This document shows positions 14,378 through 25,944 of a DNA stretch of 64,000 bases, piece by piece. A program made the position numbers and the translations under genes. Where the stretch lies: the NCBI GenBank assembly GCA_964016885.1, contig CAXHJY010000238.1, forward strand, positions 61,787 to 125,786, read 5' to 3'. This DNA is from Eledone cirrhosa (taxonomy: Eukaryota). Within the stretch, counting starts at the first letter, position 1, and each line of letters opens with the position of its first letter. The notes under the pieces are model-generated. The model made no database searches, was not told the DNA's origin, and saw only the letters and a program-made list of their open reading frames with translations.

Positions 14378-17300
14378 CTGCGAGCTACCAAGCACCCACG
14401 TGAAGCGCCAACCCAGAGACCCTCCCCTACGAGTGTCGACAAATGCCCAAAACTCCGAGTTGGTACCATCAATGTAGGCTCAATGAAAGGAAGAGCAGGA
14501 GAAATCGTAGAAATGCTAGAGCGAAAGGAAGTTGATGTATGCTGTGTGCAAGAGACTAGATGGAGAGGAGGGTCTGCTAGAGTCCTTGTAGGAAAAAGCC
14601 AGTGCTACAAATTTTTCTGGGTGGGAAATGACGATGGGATGGGTGGTGTAGGTATACTATTAGCTGACAAGTGGGTAGATAAAGTAATCTCAGTGTACAG
14701 GGTAAATGCAAGAATCATTAAACTCAGACTAGTCCTGAATAAGACAATTACCACAATAATATCAGCTTACGCACCCCAATCGGGGCTGCCAGACGAACTT
14801 AAGGATAGGTTTTACGAGTCCCTAATACACACTACTGCTCTAACAGACGACAAGGACTTCCTAATCATTGCAGGAGATTTTAACGGACACGTAGGTAAAC
14901 ACTGCGACGGCTTCAATAGAGTACATGGAGGCCATGGAGTTGGCACAAGGAATGAGGAAGGATTCAGACTTCTAGAATTCTGCGACGCCAATGACATGTC
15001 GATATGTAACACAAACTTTAAAAAACCCGACAACCACCTGATCACCTATAGATCAGGGGAGCACTCTAGTCAGTTAGATTTTATCCTCATCAGAGGACGT
15101 GACAGATGGACGGTCGTAAACACAAAAGCCTTCCCTAGTGAGGAATGTACATCCCAACATAGCTTAGTTGTCAGCGACCTCACGGTCAGAACTAGACGAG
15201 CCCTGAAACAGAGGCCAACCTGGAGAAGAAAGATCTGGAAGCTGAAAGTCCCCTCAACCAGTAACAGATTTAAAGATATTTTACTCAACGCCTACGACAG
15301 TAAAGAAGAACAGATAGAGACATTTAACGTAGAAGAGAACTGGGAGTTCCTAAAAAATAACTTACTAGAGGCGACGGATGAGGTTTGTGGCTGGAGTAAG
15401 ACCTCAAGCAGGAGGAGAGTGACTTGGTGGTGGAACAATAAGGTAGATGAAGCAGTCAAGGCCAAGAGACAGGCATGGAAAGAATGGAAGAACGGGGGGA
15501 GCAGGGTACATTACATAGAGACCAAGAGGGAAGCTAGGCGACAAGTATACTTAGCTAGGAGGGAAGCAGAGGATAGAAAATTCAAGCATGTTTTACAACG
15601 TGAGGACCAGAAACAGGAGGTATTCAAGATTGCGAGGCAGTGTGTCAGAGATAGTTGTGATGTCATTGGAGAGAAGTGTATCCGGAATGATAAAGGTGAG
15701 CTTGCCCTCACAAGTGCTGAGAAGAAAGATGCATGGAAGAGTCATTATGATAGATTACTAAATGAGGAGAATGCATGGGAAGAAGAGACCCTACCCCACG
15801 TAGACCCTATAGAGGGACCAGCAGTACAAGTCAGCGGCAGCGTAGTAAGTAAGGCAATCAGAGATATGAAGATAGGGAAGGCAACCGGTCCATCGGGTAT
15901 AGCTGCCGAGATGCTGAAGGCATCTGGGTCTGTAGGTCACACTATAACCACACGTATCGTTAACCAGGTAATACTAGAGGGGGCCATACCAAAAGATTGG
16001 TGCAGTAGCATCATTGTCAACTGCTACAAAGGTAAAGGCGATGCACTAGATAGAGGAAACTATAGAGGTATAAAGTTGATGGACCAGGTCATGAAAGTAA
16101 CAGAAAGAGTTATAGCACAGCTGATTAGGGACCGGGTGAATATAGACGAGATGCAATTTGGGTTTGTTCCAGGGAAAGGCACCACTGATGCGCTCTTCCT
16201 TGTGAGGCAATTACAGGAAAAGTACCTAGCTAAAAGTAAGCCACTCTACTTGGCATTTGTCGACCTTGAGAAAGCCTTTGACAGAGTTCCACGTGCAGTA
16301 ATCTGGTGGGCTCTTAGAAAACTAGGAGTAGATGAATGGCTTGTGAAAGCGGTACAAGCCATGTATAGGGGAGCAGTCAGCAAAGTTAGGATTGGCAATG
16401 AGTATAGCGAGGAATTTAGCGTACAGGTTGGGGTCCACCAGGGCTCTGTTCTTAGCCCTCTCCTGTTCATCATAGTCCTGCAGGCAATAACGGAGGAGTT
16501 TAAGACCGGATGCCCATGGGAACTCCTGTATGCTGATGACCTCGCACTCATAGCTGAATCTATGGTAGAACTAGAGAATAAATTCCAAACCTGGAAGCAG
16601 GGACTAGAGAGAAAGGGCCTCAAAGTCAACATGACAAAGACTAAGGTCCTTATAAGTAGACGAGAAAACAGAACCCAGATCCCCTCAGGGAAATGGCCTT
16701 GCTCAGTATGTAGGAAAGGTGTAGGTAGGAACTCCATTCTTTGCCCCAAATGCAAACAATGGGTACACAAGAGATGTAGCGGGATCTCAGGAAGCTTAAT
16801 TAAGAATGTAGGATTCACATGCAGCAGCTGTGCTGAAACAGCAAGCAAACAGCCACAGGAAACAAGTACCACCAATCTCTGGGAGGGCCCTGTAGAAACA
16901 GTAGACAGCTTCTGCTACCTAGGTGACCGAATTAGCAACGGAGGTGGGTGCTCAGAAAGTACAATAACTAGGGTAAGAACGGGATGGAAGAAGTTTAGGG
17001 AACTACTACCACTGCTAGCTGCAAAAGGCTTCTCCCTCAGAATGAAAGGCAGACTGTATGATGCGTGTATCCGAACAGCGATGTTGCATGGTAGTGAGAC
17101 CTGGGCGCTGAAGGTGGAAGACTTACTTAGATTAGAGAGAAACGAAGCCTGCATGCTCCGATGGATGTGTAACAGTAATATACGTGAACGACAAAGCATA
17201 AATGAATTGAGAGAGAGACTGAGCATAAGAGGAATCAAATGCTGCGTGCAGGAGAGGCGGTTACGCTGGTATGGACATGTGATGCGTATGAAGGATGACA

Positions 17301-17784
17301 GCTGCATAAAAAGGTGCAGAGCACTAGAAGTTGATGGAAACCGCGGAGTGGGGAGACCCAAGATGACTTGGGATGAGGTGATAAAAGCCGACCTTACCCA
17401 ACTACACCTCTCAAAGTCAATGACACACGACCGTGACTTCTGGCGTCACGCAGTAATACAGGGTACCCGACCTCCCATGGGTACATGCTGAAGCATATAA
17501 ACAATATGCCCCCCCCCCCCCCCCACCGCAAGGTGGTCGTGGAGGTGCCACGGCAAAAAAGCACCCAGCCCACACTGTAAAGTGGACGTAGGCGCCACGA
17601 AAAAGCACCCAGCACTCACTGTAAATGAGGTTGGTGTTAGGAAGGGCATCCAGCTGTAGAAATCAAGCCAGATCAGTTCCTGTATGAGCAAGGCATGGTC
17701 AGCCGACCAGACACTGCCCACAACAGGACAACCCGTCTAACCCATGCTAGCGTGGAAGAACGGACGTAAAACGGTGATGATGAT
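14376..17784 (+). mobile_element. Young RTE-clade LINE, slightly 5'-truncated, ORF uninterrupted
   Basis: Single ORF with APE endonuclease and RT, 3' UTR with a duplicated cactgtaaa unit and terminal stem-loop, (GAT)n tail. Confidence 0.95.
14483..17491 (+). CDS. APE endonuclease-reverse transcriptase (1002 aa) with internal PHD-like finger
   Basis: EN motifs VQETRW, SAYAPQ, GDFNGH, LDFIL, SQH. RT motifs NYRGIKL, QFGF, FVDLEKAFD, GVHQGSVLSP, YADD, YLG. The frame stays open upstream to the 14376 junction (LRVGTINVGS precedes the Met), so the native start is lost. Confidence 0.93.
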   Translation: MKGRAGEIVEMLERKEVDVCCVQETRWRGGSARVLVGKSQCYKFFWVGNDDGMGGVGILLADKWVDKVISVYRVNARIIKLRLVLNKTITTIISAYAPQSGLPDELKDRFYESLIHTTALTDDKDFLIIAGDFNGHVGKHCDGFNRVHGGHGVGTRNEEGFRLLEFCDANDMSICNTNFKKPDNHLITYRSGEHSSQLDFILIRGRDRWTVVNTKAFPSEECTSQHSLVVSDLTVRTRRALKQRPTWRRKIWKLKVPSTSNRFKDILLNAYDSKEEQIETFNVEENWEFLKNNLLEATDEVCGWSKTSSRRRVTWWWNNKVDEAVKAKRQAWKEWKNGGSRVHYIETKREARRQVYLARREAEDRKFKHVLQREDQKQEVFKIARQCVRDSCDVIGEKCIRNDKGELALTSAEKKDAWKSHYDRLLNEENAWEEETLPHVDPIEGPAVQVSGSVVSKAIRDMKIGKATGPSGIAAEMLKASGSVGHTITTRIVNQVILEGAIPKDWCSSIIVNCYKGKGDALDRGNYRGIKLMDQVMKVTERVIAQLIRDRVNIDEMQFGFVPGKGTTDALFLVRQLQEKYLAKSKPLYLAFVDLEKAFDRVPRAVIWWALRKLGVDEWLVKAVQAMYRGAVSKVRIGNEYSEEFSVQVGVHQGSVLSPLLFIIVLQAITEEFKTGCPWELLYADDLALIAESMVELENKFQTWKQGLERKGLKVNMTKTKVLISRRENRTQIPSGKWPCSVCRKGVGRNSILCPKCKQWVHKRCSGISGSLIKNVGFTCSSCAETASKQPQETSTTNLWEGPVETVDSFCYLGDRISNGGGCSESTITRVRTGWKKFRELLPLLAAKGFSLRMKGRLYDACIRTAMLHGSETWALKVEDLLRLERNEACMLRWMCNSNIRERQSINELRERLSIRGIKCCVQERRLRWYGHVMRMKDDSCIKRCRALEVDGNRGVGRPKMTWDEVIKADLTQLHLSKSMTHDRDFWRHAVIQGTRPPMGTC

Positions 17785-17791
17785 ATATATA

Positions 17792-17823
<32 letters not shown>

Positions 17824-18612
17824 ACTATATATATATATATAACTATATATATATATATAACTATATATAACATATATATATATATATATATATATATAAC
17901 TATATATATATATATAACTATATATATATATATATAACTATATATATATATATAACTATATATATATATAACTATATATATATATATAACTATATATATA
18001 ACTATATATATATATATAACTATATATATATATATAACTATATATATATATATATAACTATATATATAACTATATATATATATAACTATATATATATATA
18101 TATAACTATATATATATATATATAACTATATATATATATATAACTATATATATATATATATAACTATATATATATATATAACTATATATATATATATATA
18201 ACTATATATATATATATATAACTATATATATATATATATATATATATAACTATATATATATATATATAACTATATATATATAACTATATATATATATATA
18301 TAACTATATATATATAGTTATATATATATATATATAACTATATATATATATATATAACTATATATATATATATATAACTATATATATATATATATAACTA
18401 TATATATATATATATATAACTATATATATATATATATATAACTATATATATATATATATATAACTATATATATATATATATATAACTATATATATATATA
18501 TATATATAACTATATATATATATATATATATAACTATATATATATATATATATATAACTATATATATATATATATAACTATATATATATATATATAACTA
18601 TATATATATATA
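17785..18612. repeat. AAC-interrupted TA satellite (same unit as 12988-14377)
   Basis: (TA)nACTATA units in the same orientation as upstream of the LINE. Confidence 0.95.
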
Positions 18613-18760
18613 ATGTAGGAGGTGAGTTTATTGTAGCACAATAAAGCAATGCAAATATCGGATAAGTAGCACTCAACTGTTTATAGGACTGGAGTATAAA
18701 TAATAAAAGATGGTTAAAAATACATGGAACTCTTTTAACCATCTTTTCATCTTATATTAA
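18613..18760 (-). mobile_element. Short Penelope-like terminal remnant, same family as 60006-60430
   Basis: Reverse complement of 60345-60430 (tatactccagtcct...gagtgct..ttatccgatat.tgcattgctttattgt.ctacaataaa.ctcacctcctaca) plus a small fold-back aaaagatggttaaaa/ttttaaccatctttt. Confidence 0.7.
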
Positions 18761-18859
18761 ATATATATATATATCGTGGAAAGTGGACGTTAAACGATAT
18801 GCAGTAGATGTACAGGGAAATTTGACAGTAGGAGTCGCAGTGATACACATTTTTCAAAA

Positions 18860-19362
18860 GCAGGAAGGTTCTGTAGAAGTGGTTGATAGCTTCCAGTACC
18901 TAGGTGATCAGATTAGCATGGGAGGGAGATTGTTCCGAGGCCAGGGTTTCTCCCTGCGTACGAAAGGCCGGTTATATGATGCCTGTGTGAGATGCGCAAT
19001 GCTGCATGGTAGTGAAACATGGGCAGCAACTGCAGAGGATATGTGACGGCTGGAGAGAAATGAAGCAAGCATGCTCCGTTGGATGTGTAAAGTCAATGTA
19101 CGTGAACGACCAAGCATGAATGAGTTGAGAGGAATAAGTTGTAGTGTGCGGGAGAGAAGACTGTGATGTGCATGGAGGATGACCGCTGGGTAAAGAAGTG
19201 CCAGGAAGACCATGAAAAACTTTGGTGGAGGTGGTGAGAGTGGATTGCTAAAGCTCACACAGGAGATGACGAAGGACCGTGACAAGTGGAGAGATGCTGT
19301 ACTGAATAGGACCCGTCGCAACCTTGCAAGCAGGCAAAAGCGGACATGAAATGATGATGATA
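18860..19362 (+). mobile_element. Decayed RTE 3' fragment (another subfamily)
   Basis: VEVVDSFQYLGD, KGRLYDACVRCAMLHGSETWA. Ends ccttgcaagcaggcaaaagcggac plus (GAT)n. Confidence 0.85.
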
Positions 19363-19572
19363 ATGTTTATATATATACACATATATACAGGGCCAATGAG
19401 AGGCGGGGTCCAGCTGGTACTTTGTTCTGGCGCCCAAGAGCTAAGAAGGCCTCTCACAACTACCATGCAACATCCATTTTGAGAAAAATCTTTATCAGCT
19501 TCTGGCCCGAAAGCAGTACTGTGCCACCTTGTAAAATTTCTCTTGGAGGACCTGTGTGTGTTTGTGTGTGTG

Positions 19573-19603
<31 letters not shown>

Positions 19604-20367
19604 GAAAGAGACAGTGACTTCAAAGTTTCAGCTTTAAGATGAAGCAATAAAGCAGCAATTTTGACATAATACAGTAGAGTAGTTACACATTAGTCACTAT
19701 GGCAATTTCAAGAGCAAAACTACATTAGCAGGATAGTCTCAGTTGATTGAAATTTTTTTTCCACTTGCCATATTCAAAATGTGAAACTATTTGGATGCAC
19801 CCACTTCACATCCAGCTCTCTTCTCAAGTAATTTTACCTCTACCCTTTGACAAACCTAATGTATACTTTATTTCCTCTTTCCTATATATTTGGCCATATT
19901 CTACATCAAATCAACTTGCTATAATGTTGTGTATGGTTCGTTGGAATCTAATAAGGTTGAAACATGTACGTTGCTTTTATTAAGTTGGCTTATAGACAAG
20001 GTTCACTCCCACTATCTTGTCAAAAAGATTTGGATCCATTGAAGCCATAGAAGTTATTCCCCTTGCTTACTTATGATCTGAATACGTCTAGCAGCTGAAG
20101 ATGGCCTCTTAATACAAAGCGACATCTATAGAATGTTTGTTTTTATTATTATTATTATAGAGAATCAGTCTGTGTGTGTTATGCATTGTCATGTGCAACA
20201 GAGGTGCAGTGTCTTTGGTTTTCATTTTCTGATATATTATTTCATCATAGATTAAAATGTAAAAGAAGTTTCTGTGCAGAGATAGTGTTTTCTCATTTAG
20301 GCACAAGGCCAGCAAAGTGTGGGTAAAGAGAAAGTCCTGTATATGTATGTATGTATAATATATATAT

Positions 20368-20640
20368 AATCATCAGTTTTATGTCCATTTTCCACGCTAG
20401 CATGGGTTAGATTAGTTGTCCTGTTGTGGGCAATGCTAGGTCAGGTGACCATGTCTTGCTCATACAAGAGCTGATTTTGGTTTGTTTCTACAGCTTCCCT
20501 ACAGATGCGCTTCCTAACGTCGACCACATTTACAGTGTGGACTGGGTGCTTTTTGTTGTCACCTACACGACCGCTTTACTACATGGACTGGGTGGTTTTC
20601 GTCGTGACACCTATACGACCACTTTACTACATGGACGTCC
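20368..20640 (-). mobile_element. RTE 3' UTR fragment
   Basis: Reverse complement of the RTE terminus (ttttccacgctagcatgggttaga...ttcctaac...tttacagtgtggactgggtgc). Confidence 0.8.
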
Positions 20641-20740
20641 TGTATATGTATGTATAATATGTCTGTGTATGTATATGTGTGTGTATGTATGTATGTATGT
20701 ATGTATGTATGTATATACACACACACACACATATTTACAT

Positions 20741-22660
20741 ATGAAGACAAGCAAGGCAGCTGGGCCTTCGGGGATAGTTGCTGAAATATTGAATATAGGG
20801 GGTATCTGGAATCGTGGGACATACTATGGTCACCCGGATAGTAAACCAAGTAATACAGAATGGGGTCATACCAAATGACTGGCGTAGCAGCATCATCATC
20901 AACTGTTACAAGGGCAAAGGAGATGCCCTGGATAGAGGAAACTATAGGGGCATTAAATTAGTTGACCAAGTCATGAAAGTCACAGAAAGAGTTATTACTC
21001 AACTGATTAGAGACCAATTTGATCTAGATGAAATGCAGTTTGGGTTTGTGCCAGGTAAAAGTACTATGGATGCTCTTTTCCTTGTATGGCAATTACAGGA
21101 GAAGTACCTAGCTAACAGTAAACCCCTCTACTTTTGTTGACCTGGAGAAGGCCTTTGACAGTCTCATGCACCTTAATTTGGTGGGCTCTTAGAAAACTAG
21201 GAGTGGAAGAATGGCTTGTGAGAGCTATACAAGCCATGTATAGAGGAACAGTCAGCAAGGTTAGAATTAACGATGAATATAGTGATGAATTTAGCGTAAT
21301 AGTAAAGGTTTACCAGGGCTCCGTTCTTAGCCCCCTCCTGTTTATTATTGTCCTACAGGCTATAACAGGTTTAAGACTGGCTGCCCATAGGAACTTCTAT
21401 ATGTAGATGATCTCTCATAGCTGAATCTATGGCTGAACTAGAGAGGAAGTTCCAAACATGGAAACATGCCCTTGAATCAAAAGGCCTTAGTCAACTTGTC
21501 TAAGACTAAGGTTCTAGTATGTAGAAATGAGAATAGGGCACAGGTAACTTCTGGGAAATGGCCATGCTCAGAACCTCCAATCTATGTCCCAAATGCAAAC
21601 TATGAGTACATAAAAGATATAGTGGGATTAGAGGTAAGCTATCTAAGAATGTAGATTTTGTATGTGGCCAATACTAAGGTGCAGTAAGTAGCAAGGACCC
21701 ACTAGATGATATCTCTTTCAACTGCCTAGATGGTTCTATAGAAATAGTGGACACCTTCCGTTACCTGGGTGACAAAATCAGCAGTGGAGGAGGGTGCTCT
21801 GAAAGTGTAGTAGCCAGAGTTAGAATGGGATGGAAAAAGTTCAGAGAGCTAATACCGTTGTTGACCACAAAAGGTTTCTCTCTAAAAATGAAAGGCAGAT
21901 TGTATGATGCATGTATACGAATGGCGATATTCCATGGTAGTGACACTTGGGCATTGTGTGCTGAAGACCTGTGTAGATTAGAAAGAAATGAAGCTTGCAT
22001 GCTCCGATGGATGTGTAATAGTAATGTGCGCGAAATGCGAAGCATAAACGAATTAAGAGGGAGACTAAGCATAAGAGGTATCAAATGTTGTGTTCTGGAG
22101 AGGAGACTGTGTTGGTATGTACATGTGATGCGTATGAAGGACAACAGCTGTATAAAAAAGTGCAGGGCAATGAAATTTGATGGAAGCTACAGAGTGAGTA
22201 GACCAAGAAAAACCTGGGATGAGGTGATAAAAACTGACCTTGCTCACCTACACCTCTCTAAGACAATCACAGTGGATCGAGACCTTTGGCACCATGCAGT
22301 TGTACAGAGGACATGACTGCCATTGCATACAAACCTACAGTCAGTAGGCACCTGTTAACACAATGTACACCCCACCACAACACCTCTACCCCATCTTCCC
22401 TCTCCCGTTCCGTCCACTTTATCGATGACACAACAGTCCACACTGTAAGGTGGCCGTGTAGGAGACATGGTGAAAAGGCTCCCAGTCCATACTGTAAATG
22501 TGGTTGGTGTTAGCAAGGGCATCCAACTGTAAAAAACCTGCCAGAGACGCTTCCGTGCGAGCGAGACGTGCTCTCCCAACCATTCCCGCATCAAATGTAA
22601 CAAAACCGTCTAACCTATGCTAGCGTGGAAGATTGACGTTAAACGATGATGATGATGATG
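20741..22660 (+). mobile_element. 5'-truncated decayed RTE LINE (subfamily B, copy 2)
   Basis: Colinear with and highly similar to 3459-5290, with the same 5' breakpoint. (GAT)n tail. Confidence 0.92.
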
Positions 22661-23224
22661 TATATATATATATATACACACATATATATATGTATATATA
22701 TATAACGTCCACTCCTGCAATGGTTAGACAGGTTGTCACTTTATGAGGCAAGTAACATTAGGTGACCATGTCTCTCCTAACACCAACCTCTGTTGTCTGG
22801 GTGCTTTTATCATGTCACCAAAACGACCACTCAGGGTGCACTGGGTGATTTTTGTTATCACCAACACAACCACTTTAGAGGGAGAGTAATGTGCCTTTTT
22901 TGTCGTAGAAGCAGCATTATGGGAGGGGAGTAGAACAGATTTGGAGCCTGACCAGCTTTCCGTGTTTGTATGCATGGGTTGTACAGAACAGAAGTACCTC
23001 GGGTTTATGGAAGGTTGCGAGGAGAGGGAGTATGAAAGTTGGACATGGATGAGGTGAGTGGGATTTTAGTTTGTGAAAGCAAGGAAGGGTGAATGGCAGA
23101 GAGGTAGGGAGAAGATTGGTGCAGATTAATGACTCATATTTGTTTCATCCTGTGTACATGGGGCGGTGGGTCTTCTGCAGTACAGTATCATCTTGATCAT
23201 GTGTCATCTTGTACGTATATGTGG

Positions 23225-24320
23225 GTCGTGAACATCGAAAGCGCCCAGCCCTCACTGTGAAGTGGTCGTGTAGGTGTCACAACAAAAAGCACCCAGTCCA
23301 CACTGTAAAGTGGTCGTATAGGCATCACAACAAAAAGCGCCCAGTCCACACTGTAAAGTGGTCGTATAGGCATCACAACAAAAAGCACCCAGTCCACACT
23401 GTAAAGTGGTCGTATAGGCATCACAACAAAAAACAGCCAGGACTCACTGTAAAGTGGTCGTATAGGCATCACAACAAAAAGCACCCAGGACTCACTGTAA
23501 AGTGGTCGTATAGGCATCACAACAAAAAGCACCCAGGACTCACTGTAAAGTGGTCGTATAGGCATCACAACAAAAAGCGCCCAGTCCACACTGTAAAGTG
23601 GTCGTATAGGCATCACAACAAAAAGCACCCAGTCCACACTGTAAAGTGGTCGTATAGGCATCACAACAAAAAACAGCCAGGACTCACTGTAAAGTGGTCG
23701 TATAGGCATCACAACAAAAAGCACCCAGGACTCACTGTAAAGTGGTCGTATAGGCATCACAACAAAAAGCACCCAGGACTCACTGTAAAGTGGTCGTATA
23801 GGCATCACAACAAAAAGCGCCCAGTCCACACTGTAAAGTGGTCGTATAGGCATCACAACAAAAAGCACCCAGTCCACTCTGTAAAGTGGTCATATAGGCA
23901 TCACAACAAAAAACAGCCAGGACTCACTGTAAAGTGGTCGTATAGGCATCACAAGAAAAAACAGCCAGGACTCACTGTAAAGTGGTCGTATAGGCATCAC
24001 AACAAAAAGCACCCAGGACTCACTGTAAAGTGGTCGTATAGGCATCACAACAAAAAGCACCCAGGACTCACTGTAAAGTGGTCGTATAGGCATCACAACA
24101 AAAAGCACCCAGGACTCACTGTAAAGTGGTCGTATAGGCATCACAACAAAAAGCACCCAGGACTCACTGTAAAGTGGTCATATAGGCATCACAAGAAAAA
24201 ACAGCCAGGACTCACTGTAAAGTGGTCGTATAGGTATCACAAGAAAAAACAGCCAGGACTCACTGTAAAGTGGTCGTATAGGTATCACAAGAAAAAGCAG
24301 CCAGCACTCACTGTAAATGA
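23225..24320 (+). repeat. 48-bp minisatellite (about 22 copies) derived from the RTE 3' UTR, with 240-bp higher-order repeat
   Basis: Unit cactgtaaagtggtcgtataggcatcacaacaaaaagcacccagtcca. Blocks starting at 23341, 23581 and 23821 repeat at 240-bp spacing. Confidence 0.95.
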
Positions 24321-24460
24321 GGTTGGCGCTAGGAAGGGCATCCAGCTGTAGCAACCAAACCAAAATCGGTTCTGTATGACCAAGACCTAGCATTGCTCAC
24401 AACATTGTACCTCGTATAACCCATGCCAACGTGAAAAAATGGACGTTAAACGATGATAAC
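24321..24460 (+). mobile_element. RTE 3' terminus contiguous with the 48-bp array
   Basis: ggttggcgctaggaagggcatccagctgtag...cccatgccaacgtgaaaaaatggacgttaaacgatgat. Confidence 0.85.
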
Positions 24461-25019
24461 GATGGTGATATGTATATCATCATCACTGTTTAACTTTTCC
24501 ATGTTAGTATGGGTTAGATGAGTTGTGTCATTTGAGACAAGTCAGGTCAAGTCTTGTTCACAACTGTTTCTGGCTTGGTTTCTAGAGCTGGATGTGCTTC
24601 CTAACACCAACCACATTTACAGTGGGGGAAGGGGACTGTAAGGAAGTGGGTGAAGAGTAGTGTTAGGGCATGAGAGGTGCAGGGGAATAGGCGTAAGTGG
24701 TTGCATAGTATATATTATAAAATGTTGTCTAACTGGGGTTACATTTGCAATACTCCAACCAGTAAATAATGATGTAATTAGGATCATGTACTCAACGTCA
24801 GGAGTATCCTTCCAATTCCGATGTGTACGATGGCTAATATTCATATTTCATTTTATTCCAAAGTCCGCTGTATTTCTGTGGCGTTATCAATTATGTATAG
24901 CTGCCATCATTCATTTACTTGCACATCCTTAGAAAGCATCTCATGAAATAAGGTTATGCAATGGAGGTTAATGATAAGGGGATGATGTTGCTCTTCTTGA
25001 GTCTGTCCCCATGTATACA

Positions 25020-25640
25020 TATAGTGCCGGGGGCCGAAACTGGTTCCACTGTGATATGGTTTAATAAGGTTTCGCCACATGAAGATAACCTAGCCCCAAA
25101 ACTGGTGCTGCTGTGGGAGGTGTTTGGCAAGGCCAAATTGGTCTGTCCCTTCTCATATTGGTGTCATCCAGTCTGGCTCCAAAATCTGTGTTCCTCCTGT
25201 GAGCCAGGCTCTGAAACTGGTTTCGCACCTATCCTTCCTCATAGCAGTGTCATCCAGTACTGGGCCTCTAAACAATGGTTACACTGGGAGTTGGGTTCAG
25301 TGCAGCCAACTGACCTGCCCCTCCTCATGGCGATGCCATCTAATACTGGCCCACAAAACTAAGGCTGCGTTGTGAGATGGTTTAGGCTCCTTGTATCGGG
25401 ACCATCCAATACTGGGCTCAACTGGCCCCTTCGCATAGTGGTGCCATCCAACGCCAGGCTCCCAAACTGTGGTCCCACACCTGTTCCTCCACAATGCAGT
25501 ACTGTGCCCCCAAAATGGTGGCTATACAGTGAGATGGGTCAAGCTCCTTGTATCAGTGCCATCCAGTACCGGGCTGTGAGATGGGTTGGGCTTAATACTG
25601 GTTCCATTGTGAGACATGTTCGGTATGGTGCAACATGGCC
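25020..25640. repeat. Degenerate GC-richer irregular repeat cluster
   Basis: At least six copies of gtgycatccartactgg plus recurring aaactgg and tgtgagatgg at uneven spacing. Confidence 0.55.
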
Positions 25641-25724
25641 AGACTTCTCGCTTTGGACAACCCATGCAAGCATAGAAGAATTGACACTAAGTGGAATATA
25701 TTTATACTTTATACACACTCACAC

Positions 25725-25809
25725 TGAATGTTTTGGTTTCCAACTCTGTGCAAGCCACATTCAATTGCAGCAGTGTTGTGTGTGTGTGTATATATATATA
25801 GATATGTAT

Positions 25810-25840
<31 letters not shown>

Positions 25841-25925
25841 TATTATTATTATTTTTATTGTCATTACTATGTTTTTCTTTTTTTCGTGCAATGGCCATAC
25901 TCGATAACGAGGGGGCAGTCGTCGT
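25725..25925 (+). mobile_element. 3' fragment of the C2H2-type RTE family
   Basis: Matches 35855-36168: aatgttttggtt.cc.actctgtgcaag, (GT)n, (TAT)n, then gtgcaatggccatactcgataacgagggggcag. Confidence 0.8.
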
Positions 25926-25944
25926 ATTTATGTATATAATAATA

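Noticed and set aside
16533-16540. CTGATGA matches inside RT genes (also near 28025)
   Set aside because: They are the YADD/FADD codons and lack the hammerhead stems and GAAA.
16246-17361. Antisense ORFs over the RTE (also 55796-56587 and similar)
   Set aside because: Shadow ORFs of the LINE coding strand.
19388-19560. Possible DNA transposon end (cagggcc...)
   Set aside because: No matching second terminal repeat or target-site duplication could be identified.
23225-24320. CRISPR-like appearance and 380-aa KWSYRHHNKK repeat ORF
   Set aside because: There are no unique spacers and no cas genes, and the context is eukaryotic. The unit derives from the RTE 3' UTR, and the ORF follows from a stop-free 48-bp period.
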